A stretch of DNA of 64,000 nt from Candidatus Latescibacterota bacterium. Its GTDB lineage: Bacteria; Latescibacterota; UBA2968; UBA8231. Location: positions 4,672,001 through 4,736,000 of the forward strand of contig OZ242005.1 in NCBI GenBank assembly GCA_965204725.1, in the 5' to 3' direction. The notes beneath the pieces were generated by a model that searched no databases, was not told where the DNA came from, and worked only from the letters and a program-made list of their open reading frames with translations. Numbering within the stretch: the first letter of the stretch is position 1; every line of letters starts with the position of its first letter. Position numbers and translations under genes: made by a program. Below are positions 60,651 to 64,000 of the stretch, one piece after another.

Positions 60651-61586
60651 TCATCGCTTCCACGCCTCGGCAAAAAGGCCGAGTGAGCCGGGCGCATACC
60701 CGGCGTAGTGGTTGTTGAAAAACACGTACACAGGCCGCTCCGGCGCGGCTTCTGCCAACTCGCGCACTTGCCGCACCCAGTGCTCGGTCTCGGCGGCGCG
60801 GTCCCAGACGAGGCGGTCCCAATGCCGCTCCTGCTCGCCGCGGCGAATCCGCTCCTCGACATAGGCATCCATCTTTTTGCGATCGCCCAAAAAGCGCACG
60901 TAGAGAAAGTGGGCCGTTTGTGGATCGATCCGCTCGACGGTGGCCGCTAAGCTCGGCATGGTGTAGTAGTTGTTCAGCACGAGGGCCACGCCGTGTTCGC
61001 GCAGTACATCCAACAATTCCGCTCGTAGCCAGCTCCCGTTGCGCACCTCCACCGCAAAGTCGAACTCGCCCGTGGGTAGCTGTGGCAAAAAGGCCGCTAG
61101 CCGCTCGGTAAACGCGCTGCCGTACTCGTTTTCGTGCGCGTCTTGGCCCCGTGCAATGTATGGAAACTGCATCAGCAGAGGCCCCAGCCGCTCGCCCAAC
61201 GGGGCCATCGCCTCGAGAAAGACTTCCATATCTCCCATGCAGTCCACGAGCATTTTCTCGTGGCTGATCACGCGGGGAATTTTGGCGGTAAAGCGAAAGT
61301 GCGGAGGCGTCCGCCGCAGCCAGCCCTCAATCGCTCTTGGCGTCGGCACTCGGTACCATGTCGAGTCGATCTCCACGCTCCTGAAGACCTTTGCATAGTG
61401 CTCGATATAATCGGCAGCGGCGCAACCCGCTGGGTAAATCAGCCCTTCCCAATCCGCATTCGACCAACTCGTCGTCCCCAAAAAAAGCTGCGCTGGCAGC
61501 CCCTCCTGCACCTGCTGCATCCGCTCGGCGTGTCGCGGCTTGGCCGGCGGCATGATTTGAGAAAAAAGATCGGGTTGCTCTCCCAT
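60651..61586 (-). CDS. DUF72 (YecE family) protein
   Basis: GTTSW, VEIDSTWY, AVEVRN, YVRFLG, YVFFNNHYAG. Confidence 0.93.
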   Translation of the reverse strand: MGEQPDLFSQIMPPAKPRHAERMQQVQEGLPAQLFLGTTSWSNADWEGLIYPAGCAAADYIEHYAKVFRSVEIDSTWYRVPTPRAIEGWLRRTPPHFRFTAKIPRVISHEKMLVDCMGDMEVFLEAMAPLGERLGPLLMQFPYIARGQDAHENEYGSAFTERLAAFLPQLPTGEFDFAVEVRNGSWLRAELLDVLREHGVALVLNNYYTMPSLAATVERIDPQTAHFLYVRFLGDRKKMDAYVEERIRRGEQERHWDRLVWDRAAETEHWVRQVRELAEAAPERPVYVFFNNHYAGYAPGSLGLFAEAWKR

Positions 61587-61658
61587 TGCTCACTCCACAA
61601 AAAAGAGGGCACGGCTTCCACCGCCCCCCCGCAATTCCGGCGAATGTCCCTGTATGCG

Positions 61659-63233
61659 CTACACTTTCTCCCGCACCATCTTCACCACCTGCTCCCGCCC
61701 CACCAGCTGCACCAGCGACCCAAATCGCGGCCCTCGCTCCTGCCCCAGCACCACCTCGTAAAACATCTGAAACAGCAACTTGGGAGGCACCCCGGCCTCG
61801 CGGGCCAAGTCGAACGGAATGGCCTGCAACTCCTCCTCGGTGGCCCCGTTGGCCGCAACCAGCCGCTCGGCCAACTGCCCCAAGAGCACCCGCTCCGCGG
61901 CCGTGGATGGACGAAAGTTCTTGTTCGGCAGCACCACATCTCGGTAGTAGTTAAGCCCCTTCGCGACCAGTGCCTGCGTCACCTGCGGATAAGCCGCCGC
62001 CTGCGCGTCGTAGCGCACCAGATAGCCGCCCAACGCCGCGACCGAATCCACGCCCAAGGCCGCGATTAGATTGTTGACCGTTGAGAAGTTGACCCGGGAC
62101 GCGTACTCGGGCACGACGGCACCGCGGTCGCCGATGTGCCACAGGGCTTGCTCGGGGCGCTCGGCCTCGGCCACGTCGGGATAGTGCCGCAGCGCGTCGA
62201 GATAGTCATCCACGCACTTGGGGACAATATCCCAGTGCAGCCGCCTCGCCCGCTTGGGATTTTGAAATAGAAAAAAAAGCAGGGATTCTATGGGCGCGTA
62301 CCGCTTCCACGCATCCACTGTCACCCCCATGCGGCCGGCACTACTCGCCAACCCGCGTCCTTCCTCGTCGAGAAAAAACTCGTAGCACAAGCCGACCGGC
62401 GGCTGCTTGCCCATCAGGCGCACGATGCGAGAGGACTGGCGCACCGAGTCAATGAGGTCTTTGCCGTACATTTCGTAATCGACCTCGTAGGCGTACCAGC
62501 GCAGGGCCCAGTCAACTTTCCAGCCCACCTTGGCGTTGCCACCGAGCACCGACTGCTCGCCGCTATAGCCACACCCGGGGTAGTGGCCAGCATTGCGATC
62601 GCAGGTGAAGCTCACAGTGCCCCGGCTGGGATGGTAGGCCGTGACCCGCGTGGCCATGATCGAGCCACAGTTGGGACAAATCGGGAAGAAGGGCGACCAG
62701 TGCGGGCGGTTTTGCTCCCGCAGGGTGGGCACGATGATCTGACGGACCTCCTCGGCTTTGTCGAGGAGCACTGAAAGCCCTTCGTCAAAGTCGCCGCGCA
62801 CGTAGGCTGCACGCGAGCTTTGGAACTCGTAGTCGAAGCCGGAGGCGTCGAAAAACTCGCACAGCTTGGCGTTCATGTGGTCGCTGAAACTCGCACAGCG
62901 ACCAAAGGGATCGGGAACGGCGTGTAGGGGTTTGCCGAGGTGGGCGGCGAGCATATCGGGCTGCGGCAAGTTGCTAGGCACCTTGCGCAGGCCATCCATG
63001 TCGTCGCTGAAGCAGAGTAAGCGGGTCTTTGCTCCGTAGAGGTATTCGTACGCGTTGCGCACCCAAGAGGTGCGGACGCCTTCTGAAAAATGCCCTAGGT
63101 GGGGGAAGCCGCTGGGGCCAAAGCCGGTCTCAAACAGCACCGGACGGTCCGCGCTCGGCTGGCGTCGCTTGGCGATTTGTGCCGCTTCTTGGAAGGGCCA
63201 AGCCCGTTGCGTACTGGTCTGGTTCCTCGCCAT
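61659..63233 (-). CDS. lysS: Class I lysine--tRNA ligase with a degenerate KMSKS motif
   Basis: ETGFGPSGFPHLG, FSDDMDGLRKVP, KVDWALRW, EMYGKDL, LGQERGPRFG. Confidence 0.9.
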   Translation of the reverse strand: MARNQTSTQRAWPFQEAAQIAKRRQPSADRPVLFETGFGPSGFPHLGHFSEGVRTSWVRNAYEYLYGAKTRLLCFSDDMDGLRKVPSNLPQPDMLAAHLGKPLHAVPDPFGRCASFSDHMNAKLCEFFDASGFDYEFQSSRAAYVRGDFDEGLSVLLDKAEEVRQIIVPTLREQNRPHWSPFFPICPNCGSIMATRVTAYHPSRGTVSFTCDRNAGHYPGCGYSGEQSVLGGNAKVGWKVDWALRWYAYEVDYEMYGKDLIDSVRQSSRIVRLMGKQPPVGLCYEFFLDEEGRGLASSAGRMGVTVDAWKRYAPIESLLFFLFQNPKRARRLHWDIVPKCVDDYLDALRHYPDVAEAERPEQALWHIGDRGAVVPEYASRVNFSTVNNLIAALGVDSVAALGGYLVRYDAQAAAYPQVTQALVAKGLNYYRDVVLPNKNFRPSTAAERVLLGQLAERLVAANGATEEELQAIPFDLAREAGVPPKLLFQMFYEVVLGQERGPRFGSLVQLVGREQVVKMVREKV

Positions 63234-63258
63234 GCGACTGGGGTGGGTTTGCGGCGTC

Positions 63259-63477
63259 TCAGCGGTTGCGGAAAGTAATGCGTCCGCGGCTCAAATCATA
63301 GGGCGAAAGAGCCACGGTGACTTGGTCGCCGGGCAACACGCGAATGTAGTATTTGCGCATTTTGCCGGAGATGTGGGCCATAATCTCGTGACTATTTTCC
63401 ATCTCGCACTTGAAGTAGCCGTTGGGCAGAGCCTCTTTAACCACTGCTTGGACTTCGATTGCTTCTTCTTTGGCCAT
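63259..63477 (-). CDS. infA: Translation initiation factor IF-1
   Basis: MAKEEAIEV...[16 protein letters not shown]...[13 protein letters not shown]. Confidence 0.97.
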   Translation of the reverse strand: MAKEEAIEVQAVVKEALPNGYFKCEMENSHEIMAHISGKMRKYYIRVLPGDQVTVALSPYDLSRGRITFRNR

Positions 63478-63565
63478 TGTTCTCGCCTAAAGGAGGGATA
63501 ATGGCAGCGTTTGCACGCGCCAAAAAAAATTAGCCGCTCGCTGGAGCGACTTGCAAAAGGGATAG

Positions 63566-63594
63566 ATTGTACGCGCTAGCCCAGCAAAAGTCAA
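63566..63594 (-). promoter_or_regulatory. Sigma70 promoter upstream of infA
   Basis: Minus strand TTGACT-17nt-TACAAT. Confidence 0.75.
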
Positions 63595-63596
63595 AC

Positions 63597-64000
63597 TCAT
63601 TCGATCAAGTAACTCACGTCGTACGAGGCGTGTTTGACCGCTTCAATTGTCGTTAGGTGCGGAGCGAGCTGCTGGACCTTGCCGTAGTATTGGACGGCTT
63701 CGGCCAAGCGCTCGGTCTTTTCGCAGATCACGCCGAGGTTGTGCAGGGCCGGAATGTGATCGCCGGCCAGCGCGATGACCTGTTTGAAGGCCGCTTCGGC
63801 CCCGGCGAGGTCGCCGCTGTCGAGGTGGGCGAGGCCCTTGGCGAAGAACATGCTCTCGTTGTCTTGCTCGTGCTCAACGGCCTTGGCCAGCACGGCGAGT
63901 GCCAACTCGGGCTGTTGGGCTTGCAGCCGCACGAGGCCGAGGCTGTAGTAAGCGCGAGCCAGTGCGCGGCGCGCCCCGCGATACTTGAAATCAACCTGCA
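63597..64000 (-). CDS. TPR-repeat protein (5' end beyond the window)
   Basis: Frame open to the window edge; TPR patterns AYYSLGLV, FFAKGLAHL..GDL..AE..FK, ALHNLGV. Confidence 0.85.
   Translation of the reverse strand, partial: QVDFKYRGARRALARAYYSLGLVRLQAQQPELALAVLAKAVEHEQDNESMFFAKGLAHLDSGDLAGAEAAFKQVIALAGDHIPALHNLGVICEKTERLAEAVQYYGKVQQLAPHLTTIEAVKHASYDVSYLIE

Overview
A 64 kb GC-rich bacterial chromosomal segment. Housekeeping genes are ilvD (partial), tamB/tamA, queC, queE, metG, polA, nth, mnmA, ahcY, comEC, yhbY, a class I lysS and infA. They are interspersed with many catabolic genes: four PhyH-family Fe/2OG dioxygenases, two MDR dehydrogenases, FAH, RraA, amidohydrolases, an enolase-superfamily enzyme, GH172, a sugar ABC transporter and a 2-oxoacid/acetoin dehydrogenase E1a/E1b/E2 set. 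There are also four toxin-antitoxin-type modules and two low-GC islets. The gene mix suggests a marine or sponge-associated diderm such as Latescibacterota or a relative; this is inference. I see no rRNA, tRNA, CRISPR array, integrase or transposase. Most notable: (1) a promoter- and terminator-bounded structured ~300-nt transcript after metG with a 15-nt near-perfect complement to the 16S rRNA 3' end in front of a tiny ORF; (2) a PD-(D/E)XK nuclease preceded by a stand-alone paralog of its own C-terminal domain; (3) three enzymes with altered catalytic motifs (E2 lacking DHR, class I LysRS lacking KMSKS, PhyH with HxG); (4) apparent strong CCWGG depletion with an excess of its deamination products; (5) a dispersed REP-like repeat family; (6) two homopolymer frameshifts that may be assembly errors.
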